Assembly (NCBI GenBank): GCA_903934375.1
Contig: CAIZNP010000028.1
Span: 1 to 55,925, forward strand
Direction: 5' to 3'
Length of the DNA stretch: 55,925 bases
From: an uncultured Synechococcaceae cyanobacterium
GTDB lineage: Bacteria > Cyanobacteriota > Cyanobacteriia > PCC-6307 > Cyanobiaceae
Positions 20,714 through 30,197 of this stretch are shown one piece after another. The notes beneath the pieces were generated by a model that did no database searches, was not told the DNA's origin, and saw only the letters and a program-made list of their open reading frames with translations. The translations under genes were made by a program, and so were the position numbers. Positions within the stretch are counted from its first letter, which is position 1. Each line of letters opens with the position of its first letter.

Positions 20714-20773
20714 CGTCAGCCCCGCTGGGGTGGAGGGTTGCCGATCGGTGAGGGGGCGGTGCGCCGGCCCGCC

Positions 20774-22066
20774 TCAGGCCATCGCCTTGATCTTGAGGCC
20801 GTCGAGGTAGGCCTTGGGGTTCTCTGGGTCGAACACCACGCCGTCGAAGAAGGTCTCCTTGCCGCGGGAATCGCTGGCAGGGATGTCCTTGGCCATGCCG
20901 ATGGCCTTGGCGGCATCCTTCCAGAGGTCGGCCCGGTTCACCTTGTTCACCAGGGCGTTGATGTCGGTGTCGGCGGGCAGGTAGCCCCAGCGCATGTCTT
21001 CCGTCACGAACCAGGCGTCATGGCTCTTGAAGGGGAAAGAAGCGTTGCTATCCCAGAACAGCATTTTGTAGGGGCTGTTCTTCACATCGCGCCCGTCGCC
21101 GTAGTTCACGTTGCCAGCCAGGCGGGGCTTGATGTCGGCGACGTTGGCTTTGATGTATTTGTCCTTTGCCACGATCTCGCACATCTCATCGAGATTGGCG
21201 GGGTCCTGGCACCAGATCTGGGCCTCCTGCACGGCCATCAGCAGCGCCTTGGCGGCCTTGGGGTTCTGGTCCACCCAGTCGGCGCGCATTGAGAACGACT
21301 TCTCAGGGTGCTTGTCCCAAAGTTCGCCGGTCTGGGCGGCGGTGTAGCCCAGTTTCTTGTTCACCAGGCGCTGGTTCCAGGGTTCACCCACGCAGAACAG
21401 ATCCATGGTGCCGGTCTGCATGTTGGCCACCATCTGCGGCGGCGGGATCACCACCAGATCGGCGTCCTTGTTGGGGTCGAGGCCATTGGCCGACAGCCAA
21501 TAGCGCATCCACAGGTCGTGGGTGCCACCGGGGAAGGTGACGGCGGCCTTGATCTTGCGGCCCAGGCTCTTGCTCGCCTTGGCCAGGCCCTCTTTGTTAT
21601 CGATGGTGAGCTTCTCGTCCAGCAGCTCCTTGGAGGCGCTGATCGCCTGCCCCTGCGTGTTGAGACGCGCCAGGGTGTACATCGGCAGCGGCTGCTTGCT
21701 CTTGGTGATCTTGCCGGCCGTCATCAGCAGTGGCATCGGCGAGAGGATGTGGGCGCCGTCGATGCCGCCCTTGGCGCTGCCCAGCTCGAGGTTGTCGCGG
21801 GTGACGGCCCAGGAGGTCTGCTTGACCACCTTGACGTCGGGCATGCCGTGCTTGGCGAAGAGCCCCTTCTCCTTGGCGATGATCAGCGGCGCGCTGTCGG
21901 TGAGGGCGATGAAGCCCAGGGTGGCGCCGTTCACTTCGGGGGCATCGGGGCCCGTGGCGCTGCTCTTTGTGGAGGGCTTGTTGCTGCCGCAGGCAGCCAG
22001 CCAGATGGCACCGGCCGCCGAACCTGCGGCGGTGATCAGAAATTTGCGGCGGGACAGATTCGACAT
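20774..22066 (-). CDS. nrtA: Nitrate/nitrite ABC transporter substrate-binding lipoprotein NrtA
   Basis: SRRKFL Tat-like motif and LAAC lipobox; LGFIALTDSAPLIIA; GIDGAHILSPMP (NrtA-type rather than CmpA-type); TFPGGTHDLW; HPEK. Confidence 0.93.
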   Translation of the reverse strand: MSNLSRRKFLITAAGSAAGAIWLAACGSNKPSTKSSATGPDAPEVNGATLGFIALTDSAPLIIAKEKGLFAKHGMPDVKVVKQTSWAVTRDNLELGSAKGGIDGAHILSPMPLLMTAGKITKSKQPLPMYTLARLNTQGQAISASKELLDEKLTIDNKEGLAKASKSLGRKIKAAVTFPGGTHDLWMRYWLSANGLDPNKDADLVVIPPPQMVANMQTGTMDLFCVGEPWNQRLVNKKLGYTAAQTGELWDKHPEKSFSMRADWVDQNPKAAKALLMAVQEAQIWCQDPANLDEMCEIVAKDKYIKANVADIKPRLAGNVNYGDGRDVKNSPYKMLFWDSNASFPFKSHDAWFVTEDMRWGYLPADTDINALVNKVNRADLWKDAAKAIGMAKDIPASDSRGKETFFDGVVFDPENPKAYLDGLKIKAMA

Positions 22067-22253
22067 GACGGGGCTCTGCAGCGTGAGGTGACGGCGCGGA
22101 TGCGAACGCCACAAGCCGCCCCGGCCTGAAGGTTCAGGTCGGCGGCGGCATGGGCGAGTGGCCGTAGCCCCGCTGATCCAGGGGTTACGGACGGTGCTGG
22201 CGCAAAAGCTGACCAACCAGACCTAGGACACCACGCGATGGGTGCGGTGTTGC

Positions 22254-22267
22254 GTCGCGATTGCTAC
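22254..22267 (-). promoter_or_regulatory. Putative NtcA-like box upstream of nrtA
   Basis: Minus strand GTAGCAATCGCGAC (GTA-N8-GAC); no canonical -10 at 22 nt. Confidence 0.5.
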
Positions 22268-22345
22268 CGAACGGTCCAGGGTTGGGCCGGTTTGGTCTAG
22301 CGGTCCCTGCGATCTGATGGCCGCAGCGTGGCGGGGTCGCCCGCC

Positions 22346-22831
22346 TCAATCCGTCTCCGCCAGGGCCTGCAGTTCCACCAGGGCCAGCGGCAGGTTGCGG
22401 TGCTCATGGCCGGGGTGGCTGAGCTTCACCAAGGCGAAGCGCTCCAGCTCGCTCAGCTGCCGCCAGGCGTTCGGCCGCAGCGTCAGCTGCAGTTGGGCGC
22501 AGGCCTGCTGCAGCACCTCCGGCACCTGCTCCCCCTGCTGCCAGCTGCAGCTCACGGCCGGCTCCAGGGGGCTGGCCGGACCCTGGGGCAGCTGGTGCGA
22601 CCGCACCATCAGCCAGTCCCGCAGGGCCGCGATCTCCTCGGGCCCATCGCCCCAGGCCAGCAGCTGCTGGCGCTCCTGGGTCTCCAGGCCCCCCCAGTGC
22701 ACCAGCTTCAGCTTGACCCCGGCCAGATCGAGCTTGCGGCGCACCGCCATCGGGATGCAGCGCAGGTCTCCCGTGAAGTCGGCTTCGAAGGCGAAGCAGT
22801 GGCTGGGCCAAGCGCTTCGGGGCAGGGTCAT
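22346..22831 (-). CDS. narM: Nitrate reductase-associated protein NarM
   Basis: FAFEADFTGDLRCIPMAVRRKLDLAGVKLKLVHW...RFALVKLSHPGHEHRNL. Confidence 0.88.
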   Translation of the reverse strand: MTLPRSAWPSHCFAFEADFTGDLRCIPMAVRRKLDLAGVKLKLVHWGGLETQERQQLLAWGDGPEEIAALRDWLMVRSHQLPQGPASPLEPAVSCSWQQGEQVPEVLQQACAQLQLTLRPNAWRQLSELERFALVKLSHPGHEHRNLPLALVELQALAETD

Positions 22832-22882
22832 GGCGGGGCTGGCGGGTGGTGGTGCGGGGGCTGTCGCCGGGGCTGGAGGGTC

Positions 22883-23992
22883 TCAGGCGGCCGTGCGCAA
22901 CCGCTCCAGCTGGCGCAGGCCGCTGCGGGAGCGCAACAGCGCCTCCGCCTGGGCCAGGCCACTGCTCAGATCGCCGATGGCACCGGCGAACCAGAGGTAG
23001 GCCGCCAGGTTCCAGCGCAGGGCTTCCGCCAGGGGGCCCTCCCCCTCCAGAGCTTGCCGGGCCTGGTGGCACCAGCGCTCGAGTCCCTCGAACGGCACCT
23101 CCGCTGCGCTGATGCCATGGTCGCGCGGGTGCACCAGGATCCGCTCCGGCGTGCCGTGGCGCAGTCGCGAGCAGATGCCGGCCCGGGTGGTGGGCAGGTC
23201 GGTGGAGCCCTCCAGGCCCTTCACCATCAGCACATCGGTTTCGCCGGCGGCGCTGAGGGCCTCCCAGCCGCGGCTTTCGGTGGGGGGGTGCACGAAGCCG
23301 CTCACCAGCAGGTGCTCCCCTTGATGGGGCGTCCAGAGCAGCTCCAGGCTGGCCACGGGCGGGCGCTTGCCGATCTCCTCCCGGATGCGCACAAGCCGCT
23401 CCGCCAGGGGGAAGTGCAGGGGCTGGTGGGTGAGGGCCAGGCCGTGGTGCTCGAGCCGGCTCTGCACCTGCGCCAGGCTCAGCCCGCGCCACTCCAGCCC
23501 CAGGCCGGCGAACAGCTCTGCCAGGGTGGCGCCGTACTTCACCGGCATTGGATCGCCGCCGTGCAGCACCACCGGTAGCTCGCTGGCGGACAGCAGCAGG
23601 GCCAGCAGGGGTAGCAGCGGCGCGGTGCGGCTTCGGCCGTCGTAGGGGGCGCCGAAGCAGAGAGGCCGCTGGCCCGGTGTCCGCAGGCGGGGGCCATGGC
23701 GGCGGTAGCTGTCGAGCATGCCGGTGAGCTCGATCGGCTGGGGCCGCCGGATGCGGTGGGCGATCAGAAAGGCCCCCAGCTGGGCGTCGCTCACCGCGCC
23801 ATCCAGCATCAGGTCCATGCTGTCGCCGGCCTCCTCGCGGCTCAGGCCGGTGCTCGTGTGCTCACCGCTGCCCACCTTGGCCAGCAGCTCCCGGAAGCGG
23901 GCGGCCTCGGCCCCCAGCGCCCGCTGCCGCGTTTGGCGACGTGGCTCAGGCGCTGTTGCTCCTGCACCTGCTGTTGGTAACGGTTGCGACAC
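22883..23992 (-). CDS. Anthranilate phosphoribosyltransferase-like (glycosyltransferase family 3) protein, CnaT-like
   Basis: FRELLAKVGSGEHTS, QLGAFLIAHRIRR, PYDGRSRT, LHGGDPMPVKYG, REEIGKRPP, GFVHPPTE, KGLEGSTDL; divergent from nirA. Start uncertain. Confidence 0.85.
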   Translation of the reverse strand: MSQPLPTAGAGATAPEPRRQTRQRALGAEAARFRELLAKVGSGEHTSTGLSREEAGDSMDLMLDGAVSDAQLGAFLIAHRIRRPQPIELTGMLDSYRRHGPRLRTPGQRPLCFGAPYDGRSRTAPLLPLLALLLSASELPVVLHGGDPMPVKYGATLAELFAGLGLEWRGLSLAQVQSRLEHHGLALTHQPLHFPLAERLVRIREEIGKRPPVASLELLWTPHQGEHLLVSGFVHPPTESRGWEALSAAGETDVLMVKGLEGSTDLPTTRAGICSRLRHGTPERILVHPRDHGISAAEVPFEGLERWCHQARQALEGEGPLAEALRWNLAAYLWFAGAIGDLSSGLAQAEALLRSRSGLRQLERLRTAA

Positions 23993-24018
23993 AGGTGCGG
24001 GACGCCGCTGGCGACATT
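23977..24018 (+). promoter_or_regulatory. Putative NtcA-type promoter for nirA
   Basis: GTAACGGTTGCGAC (GTA-N8-GAC), 22 nt, then GACATT (near TAN3T). Confidence 0.6.
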
Positions 24019-24048
24019 GTCCACCTCTGCTGGTAGCCGGATTACGCC

Positions 24049-25605
24049 ATGGTGTCTGCAGCTTCTGAAACCGGCGATGCCACCGGCGCCAAGCTCAGCA
24101 AGATCGAGCAGGCCAAGGCGGAGCGCTGCGGCCTCGATCTGGCGCCGCAGCTGCAGGAGCTCGGGGCCGCCGGCTGGGAGAGCCTGGATGAAGCGGATCT
24201 GACGATCCGGCTGAAGTGGCTGGGGATCTTCTTCCGCCCGGTTACCCCCGGCCGCTTCATGGTGCGTCTGCGCCTGCCCAACGGTTTGATCAGCGCCGAT
24301 CAGCTGGACGTGCTGGCCGATGCCATCGACCGTTGCGGCGTGGAGGGCAGCGCCGACATCACCACCCGCCAGAACATCCAGCTGCGCGGTCTGCTGCTGG
24401 AGGACATGGCCCCGCTGATGGCCGCCATGGAGGCGGTGGGGCTCACCAGCCGCCAGTCGGGCCACGACAACCCACGCAACATCACCGGCAACCCCCTGGC
24501 CGGCATCGATCCGGAGGAGTTCGTTGACACGCGGCCGCTGGTGGCGGCGATCCAGGAGCTGCTGCTGCGGGACGGCCCCCGCAATCTGCCCCGCAAGTTC
24601 AACATCGCCGTCGGCGGCGCCGCCGACAGCTTTCTGCTGCACAACGACCTTGCCTTCCTGCCGGCCGACCGGGACGGTGAGCTGGGTTTCACCGTGATGG
24701 TGGGCGGCTTCTTCTCGGCCCAGCGCAACGAACTGGCGGTGCCCTTGGGTCTGTGGCTGCGGGGCGATCAGCTGCCGGCCTTCAGCCTGGCGGTCCTGCG
24801 CCACTTCGAGCGCAGCGGCAACCGCCAGGCCCGCAACAAGAGCCGCCTGATGTACCTGCTCGACGAGCTGGGTCTCGAGGGCTACCGCGCGGCGGTGCTC
24901 GAGGCCTTCACGGCGATCGGCGGGGGGGCGTTCCCCCACGACGGCACCCACCGCGTCAACCGTGCCCCCCGCTCCGGCCTGGGCGTGAACCCGCAGAAGC
25001 AACCGGGTCTCAGTTGGGTGGGGCTGTGCGTGCCGATGGGGCGCCTGGATGCCGCGGCGATGGTGCAGCTGGCGGTGCTGGCCCGCCGCTACGGCAGCGG
25101 TGAACTGCGGCTCACCGAGGTTCAGAACGTGCTGATCGCCAACGTGCCGGCGGAGAGCCTGGAGGCGCTGTTGGCGGAGCCGCTCTTGCAGCGCTTCCGC
25201 CCCGATCCGGGCCCGCTGATGGCGGAGGCGGTGAGCTGCACCGGCAACCGCTACTGCAGCTTCGCCCTGATCCCCACCAAGAGCACCGCCGAGGCGGTGG
25301 TGGAGGAGCTGGAGCGGCGGTTGGAGCTGCCCCACCCCGTGCGCACCCACTGGACCGGTTGCCCCAACGCCTGCGGCCAGCCCTACATGGGCGAGATCGG
25401 CCTGATGGGCGCCAAGGCCCGCCAGGACGGACAGATGGTGGAGGCCGCCAAGATCTTCCTGGGGGGGTCGATGGGGGCCGAACCGCAGTTGGCTCAGCTG
25501 CACGACAAGGGCGTGCCCCTCAGCGCACTGGCTGATGGGCTCGAGGCGCTGCTGGTGGAGCGCCACGGCGCCCGCCGGCGGCCGACCACGCCGCTGGCCG
25601 GCTGA
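24049..25605 (+). CDS. nirA: Ferredoxin-nitrite reductase
   Basis: RLKWLG...FMVRLRLPNG, DITTRQNIQLRG, NLPRKFNIA, SCTGNRYC and HWTGCPNACGQ siroheme/4Fe-4S cysteines. Confidence 0.97.
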   Translation: MVSAASETGDATGAKLSKIEQAKAERCGLDLAPQLQELGAAGWESLDEADLTIRLKWLGIFFRPVTPGRFMVRLRLPNGLISADQLDVLADAIDRCGVEGSADITTRQNIQLRGLLLEDMAPLMAAMEAVGLTSRQSGHDNPRNITGNPLAGIDPEEFVDTRPLVAAIQELLLRDGPRNLPRKFNIAVGGAADSFLLHNDLAFLPADRDGELGFTVMVGGFFSAQRNELAVPLGLWLRGDQLPAFSLAVLRHFERSGNRQARNKSRLMYLLDELGLEGYRAAVLEAFTAIGGGAFPHDGTHRVNRAPRSGLGVNPQKQPGLSWVGLCVPMGRLDAAAMVQLAVLARRYGSGELRLTEVQNVLIANVPAESLEALLAEPLLQRFRPDPGPLMAEAVSCTGNRYCSFALIPTKSTAEAVVEELERRLELPHPVRTHWTGCPNACGQPYMGEIGLMGAKARQDGQMVEAAKIFLGGSMGAEPQLAQLHDKGVPLSALADGLEALLVERHGARRRPTTPLAG

Positions 25606-25885
25606 ACCAGCCCCGCCGCTGGGGCCGCTGGCAGAGGCGCCAGCGCTCATCCAGGGCCCGCAGGGCGTCGCGATCCTGCACGTCCTGGCCGCCGTAGAGC
25701 AGCTGGGTGATCCGCTCCGGGTCGATCTCCAGGGCTGCCACCTCCTGCCAGAAGCGCTCCGCCGTGGCCCCATCGCCCAGCCGGAACTGGGCCTCCGCCA
25801 GCTGCCGCACCAACGCGAACACCAGCTGCTGCTCCTTGCAGGCGCTGAAGCTCCACTCCGCCCCTTCTTGTCCGGCCCGTTCCAT
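25520..25885 (-). CDS. Hypothetical protein
   Basis: ATG-started 121-aa ORF with helical, protein-like composition (QQLVFALVRQLAEAQ...ERFWQEVAALEIDPERITQLLY); fills the gap after nirA. Confidence 0.6.
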   Translation of the reverse strand: MERAGQEGAEWSFSACKEQQLVFALVRQLAEAQFRLGDGATAERFWQEVAALEIDPERITQLLYGGQDVQDRDALRALDERWRLCQRPQRRGWFSRPAAWSAAGGRRGAPPAAPRAHQPVR

Positions 25886-25903
25886 CGCCCTGCTCCCGCT
25901 GCC

Positions 25904-27430
25904 GTGGCTGTTCCTGTGCTAGCCGAAACCGCGGGGGTGGCCAAGGGTCTGCGCCCTGCCAGGCTGGACCCCCAAGCCGTGGCCGCTGCCGTGGGGCCTT
26001 CAAGCCTGGATCCGCCTGTTGTCGCCTGGGGCGATCTCCAGGCCCTGCGCCGCGGCCTGCAGCAGCCTGAACCCTGGTTGGAGCGGCTGGAGGCCGGCCT
26101 GCTGTCGCCCGATCCGCTGCTGCTGGCGGCGTTGTGGGGGCGCCTGGATCGCCCGGGTGTGCAGCGCCTGCTGGCCTCCCCAGCCGGGCGCGACCCGGTG
26201 GCCCTGCTGGCGGCCGGCCGGGCCGAGCTGCCGTCCCTGGCGGGACAGCCGGCGGTGCTCGAGGCCTGGTTGCCGCCGTTGCTGGCGCAGCACAGTTCGG
26301 CCTCCTCTGCTGAGGCCCTGCTCTGGCTGGAGCTGCTGGGGCTGTTCCGCCATCCCGCCGCGGCCGAGCGCCTGAGGGCCGCCATCACCGGCGCGTTGGC
26401 TGCAGATGCCCCTGCGGCGATGGTTCAGCTGGCGCCGCTGCTACCCCTGCTCGGCCGCCAGCGCGAGGCCGCCGATGGGGCCCTGTTGCAGCGCCTGGCC
26501 CTGCAGCCCGCTGCCGCACCCCTGCGCCGGGCCGCCTTGGAGGGCCTGGCCGTGGGGCTCTCGGCCTGGCCGGTGCCGGCCCTGGCCGCCAGCCTCACCA
26601 CCCTGGCCCGCGATCTCGATCCCACCCTGGCGGCGGCGGCTGTGGATCTGCTGGCGCGCCTGCCCGAGCCCGCGGCCCGCCCGCGGCTGCGGCAGCTGTG
26701 GGGCGAGTGCCTGGATCCGGGGGTGCGGCAGCGCCTGCAGCGGCGCCTGCGGCTCTCGCCCCTGGTGCTGGTGGTGCACGGCCGTCAGGGGGGGCAGATC
26801 CCGCCCGAGCTCCTGGAGCTGGCGGCGGCCCTGGAGCAGCGCCGCGGCGCCCCGGTGCTGCTGCAGGCCCTCACCGGCGCGCCCCCCGAGGCCGATCAGA
26901 GCCTCTGGAGCGCCGCCCGCCGGGCCGGCGCCTTCACGCTGGTGCCCCTCCTGCTGCTCCCCGGCGGCCATGTGCGCACGGATTTGCCGGCCATTGCCGC
27001 CGCCTGGCGGGCCCAGGTGGCACGGACCCCTGCCGTGGTGCTGCGCCGTCTGCCATTCCTCGGCGCCTGGCCCGCCTGGCAGCGGGCCCTGGCGGCGGCC
27101 CTGGCTCCAGCCCCCGGGGCGTGCTGGCTGCACCACCCGCTGGAGGGGGCGCTGGCGGACCGTTATCTGCGGCATCTGGCCGCCGTGTTGGGCCATCCCG
27201 GACTGGCTACTCCATACAGTGCGGCGACGGCCGACCTGGCCTTGCCCCCGGGCGTGCCGCTGCGACTGCTGCCGCTCACCCTGGCGGCGAACCGCCTAAG
27301 CGAGTCGCTCCAGGGGTCAATGGCCTCTGGCTGCCCCGAGGTCGACCCCCCACTGACGCTGCTCCCCCCGCTGTTGGAGATCCCCGCCGTGCGCCAGTTC
27401 CTGCTCTCGGCCCTGGAGGCGCTGCCATGA
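25904..27430 (+). CDS. HEAT-repeat-like domain fused to CbiX/SirB-type chelatase domain
   Basis: N-terminal helical repeats (LRRAALEGLAVGL...LARDLDPTLAAAAVDLLARL); C-terminal LVLVVHGRQGG...LVPLLLLPGGHVRTDLP chelatase His motifs; stop overlaps the cobA start. Start uncertain. Confidence 0.72.
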   Translation: MAVPVLAETAGVAKGLRPARLDPQAVAAAVGPSSLDPPVVAWGDLQALRRGLQQPEPWLERLEAGLLSPDPLLLAALWGRLDRPGVQRLLASPAGRDPVALLAAGRAELPSLAGQPAVLEAWLPPLLAQHSSASSAEALLWLELLGLFRHPAAAERLRAAITGALAADAPAAMVQLAPLLPLLGRQREAADGALLQRLALQPAAAPLRRAALEGLAVGLSAWPVPALAASLTTLARDLDPTLAAAAVDLLARLPEPAARPRLRQLWGECLDPGVRQRLQRRLRLSPLVLVVHGRQGGQIPPELLELAAALEQRRGAPVLLQALTGAPPEADQSLWSAARRAGAFTLVPLLLLPGGHVRTDLPAIAAAWRAQVARTPAVVLRRLPFLGAWPAWQRALAAALAPAPGACWLHHPLEGALADRYLRHLAAVLGHPGLATPYSAATADLALPPGVPLRLLPLTLAANRLSESLQGSMASGCPEVDPPLTLLPPLLEIPAVRQFLLSALEALP

Positions 27431-28212
27431 CCGCGCCGCTGCCGGGAACGGTGTACCTGGTGGGGGCCGGCCCGGGAGATCCGGAGCTGCTCACCCTCAA
27501 GGCCCATCGCCTGCTCAGCCAGTGCGATGCGCTTGTCTACGACTCGCTGGTGCCCAAGGCCCTGCTGGATCTCGTGCCCGACGCCTGTGAGCGCCGCTTC
27601 GTGGGCAAGCGCCGTGGCCACCACTCGGTGCCCCAGCCCAGCACCAACGCCGTGCTGGTGGAGCTGGCCGCCCGCCACCGCTTGATCGTGCGGCTGAAGG
27701 GGGGCGATCCCTTCCTGTTTGGCCGCGGCGGGGAGGAAGCCGCCCACCTGACCCGCCACGGTGTGCCGGTGGAGGTGGTGCCCGGTGTGACGGCTGGCAT
27801 CGCTGCCCCGGCCTATGTGGGCATCCCGGTGACCCACCGCCGCGCTGGTTCGAGCGTCACGTTCGTGACCGGCCACGAGGAGATCGACAAGGGCCGCCCG
27901 GGGGTGGACTGGCGCGGCCTGGCCCGCAGCAGCGATGGTCTGGTGATCTACATGGGGCTGCACAATCTGCGCCGCATTTGTGGCGAGCTGCGAGCCGGTG
28001 GTCTGGCGGCCGACACCCCGGCGGCGGTGGTGCAGCAGGGCACGGTGGTGGGCCAGAGGTTGCTGCTGAGCACCCTGGCGGAGCTGGCAGACGAGGCCGA
28101 GCGCGAGGCCTTCGCCTCCCCCTCGATCGTGGTGGTGGGCCGGGTGGTGGCGGAGCGGGTGGCGGCCTGCGCCCCGGAGCCGGCGGCGGTGGAGATGCCG
28201 ATTCCGTTCTGA
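27427..28212 (+). CDS. cobA: Uroporphyrinogen-III C-methyltransferase (SUMT)
   Basis: VYLVGAGPGDPELLTLKA, YDSLV, VRLKGGDPFLFGRGGEE, VPGVTAG, GIPVTHR, IYMGL. Confidence 0.96.
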   Translation: MTAPLPGTVYLVGAGPGDPELLTLKAHRLLSQCDALVYDSLVPKALLDLVPDACERRFVGKRRGHHSVPQPSTNAVLVELAARHRLIVRLKGGDPFLFGRGGEEAAHLTRHGVPVEVVPGVTAGIAAPAYVGIPVTHRRAGSSVTFVTGHEEIDKGRPGVDWRGLARSSDGLVIYMGLHNLRRICGELRAGGLAADTPAAVVQQGTVVGQRLLLSTLAELADEAEREAFASPSIVVVGRVVAERVAACAPEPAAVEMPIPF

Positions 28213-28214
28213 GC

Positions 28215-30170
28215 TCAGCCGCCCACCGGGCTTGCGTCGGCTCGAGCCAGCTGCCCGGATCCTCGTCTGCGGGCCGTGGCCAGAGCCTCCTGGGCGCGCT
28301 CGAGCAGGGTGTCGCTGCGGTCGTGCTCAGGTTGGAAGCAGCTGATCCCCATGGAGCAGCTGGTCCGCAACCTGTTGCCCCCCGGCTGGCCGGCGGCCGA
28401 TTCGGGGGTGAGGTAGAGCGAGGCGATGGCCGTCTGCAGCTGCTGGCCCAGCTCGAAAGCAGCCTGCTCGGGACAGCCGATCGCGAGCACCACGAAGCAG
28501 TCGCTGTTCAGGCGGTAGAGATGGTCGGCGATGCGCAGGCGCTTGCGCAGGGCCAGAGTCAGCCCCTGCAGCAGGGCATCGCCGGCCCGGCGGCCGTGGT
28601 CGCGGTTGATGGCCGCCAGGTGGTCCACGTCGAGCACCAGGCAGCTGAGCGCTTCGCCGCTGCGGCGGCAGCGATCCACCTCCTCCTGCAGTCGGTTCTC
28701 AAGGCCCTCGCGGGTGCCGCAGCCGGTGAGCGGGTCGTAGCGGAGCATCGTCTTCAGTTCCGCGTGGGAACGGCGCAGCTTCTCGTTCGCCTGCCGCAGC
28801 CTGGCGCCCAGGCTGTTCACCTGCTGGATGCGGTGGTTGATCAGCAGCGTCAGGTTGCGCAGTTCCTTCACCGCCGAGAGCCGCAGCGGCCGAAGCTGTG
28901 CGTTGTCCTCCTCCAGAGTGATCAGCACCTGCTGGAAATCCCGTTCGAAGCGCCGGCCCAGCCAGAGGCTGGCCAGGGCACCGAGGAGCACCACGGCAAA
29001 TGAGCCTGCCAGCAGGATGGCGCTCTGCCGCTGCAGACGGGTCACCACAGGCCGGGCGGGCTCCACCACCTGAACGAGATAGGTGCCACGGCCGGCCGTA
29101 TTGCGGTATTGGCTGCTGTAGCTCCAGTAGCCCTTCACCCATTTGCCCAGGGTTGGGCCTTTGGCTCTGGGGGTCAGGATCGCCAGGTCGGGATCGTGAA
29201 CGTTGTCGCGGCCGCCGTCCTGGAAGTCGGCATCAAGCCGGTGGAACAGCGCCGGATCGGAGCTGAGCACGGTGCCATTGGCCTCGATGCGGCGGTAGGC
29301 CAGTCCTTCACCCAGCTGCTTCATCAGCAGCTGGGTGTTCTCGTCGCGGGCGCTGACCCGTGAGAAGAGCAGGTTCACCGTCTTCAAGCCGTCGAGCGCA
29401 CCGCGCTGCACCGCGATCTCCAGCTGATGGCCCGCCGCCAGGCTGATCAGCAGGCTGGGCATCGTGATGGTGAGCAGTGCCAGGGCCATGATCACGCCGC
29501 GCAACGACACGCCGGGGCCGCGCTTGCGGGCCGTCAGCAGGCCGCGGATGAGGATCAGCCCCCCGAAGGCCAGCACCGTGTTGAGCACACCGTTGAAGGC
29601 CTGCTTCACCGCCGCGATCTGCACGTTGGTGGGGTCGATCCCCAGCACCACGCCGTAGAAGAGCAGCACCAGCGGGGTGCCCAGCACCAGCCAGTAGGCC
29701 ATGGAGAACAGCACCACCCGGCCGTTGTCCTCCTGGCCTGGGGCAGTGAACCGACGCACCGCCAGGGTGAGCCACACCATCTCCAGGGTGAAGATCACCA
29801 CGGCCCAGGGATGGCCCCAGAGCTTCCAGGTCTGCAGGGCGGCCAGCAGGCCCATCGGCACGGCCCACCAGGTGCGCCAGAGCAGCAGGGCCAGGATCGG
29901 TGGCACCGAGCCCAGCACCAACTGGATGCCGTAATAGAGGGGAACCGGCCAGAGATTGAGCAGGACGCCCAGGGCGGTGAGCAGGCCCAGCCAGGGCAGC
30001 CGCTGCAGGCGCCGCCGGTTTGATTCCTGATCGCCGGCGGATCCGTCGCCGGATGGCAGAACCGCGGGAACCAGCTCGGGTGGCGATGGCCGACCGTCCA
30101 CGACCGACCCGCGTGCGTCTGGACTACGTTGGCACCAGATGAACGGGCTGTCACCTCGGATGGTGAACAA
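28215..30170 (-). CDS. Multi-pass membrane sensor with degenerate GGDEF domain
   Basis: Several N-terminal TM helices, an extracytoplasmic segment, a coiled coil, then YDPLTG, LDVDHLAAINRDHGRRAGD. The signature is replaced by RLNSDCF; RIAD I-site retained. True start probably nearer 30101. Confidence 0.85.
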   Translation of the reverse strand: MFTIRGDSPFIWCQRSPDARGSVVDGRPSPPELVPAVLPSGDGSAGDQESNRRRLQRLPWLGLLTALGVLLNLWPVPLYYGIQLVLGSVPPILALLLWRTWWAVPMGLLAALQTWKLWGHPWAVVIFTLEMVWLTLAVRRFTAPGQEDNGRVVLFSMAYWLVLGTPLVLLFYGVVLGIDPTNVQIAAVKQAFNGVLNTVLAFGGLILIRGLLTARKRGPGVSLRGVIMALALLTITMPSLLISLAAGHQLEIAVQRGALDGLKTVNLLFSRVSARDENTQLLMKQLGEGLAYRRIEANGTVLSSDPALFHRLDADFQDGGRDNVHDPDLAILTPRAKGPTLGKWVKGYWSYSSQYRNTAGRGTYLVQVVEPARPVVTRLQRQSAILLAGSFAVVLLGALASLWLGRRFERDFQQVLITLEEDNAQLRPLRLSAVKELRNLTLLINHRIQQVNSLGARLRQANEKLRRSHAELKTMLRYDPLTGCGTREGLENRLQEEVDRCRRSGEALSCLVLDVDHLAAINRDHGRRAGDALLQGLTLALRKRLRIADHLYRLNSDCFVVLAIGCPEQAAFELGQQLQTAIASLYLTPESAAGQPGGNRLRTSCSMGISCFQPEHDRSDTLLERAQEALATARRRGSGQLARADASPVGG

Positions 30171-30197
30171 CGTCGCAGGCCTTGCCTAGCCTGAGCT

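Noticed and set aside
16943-22066. Alternative call as bicarbonate (cmpABCD) or cyanate (cynABD) transporter
   Set aside because: The binding protein has the NrtA-type GIDGAHIL motif, the operon has four genes including a long NrtC, and it lies between narB and nirA.
24033-24046. GTAGCCGGATTAC just before the nirA ATG
   Set aside because: Spacer is 7 nt rather than 8 and it overlaps the ribosome-binding region; the box at 23977 fits better.
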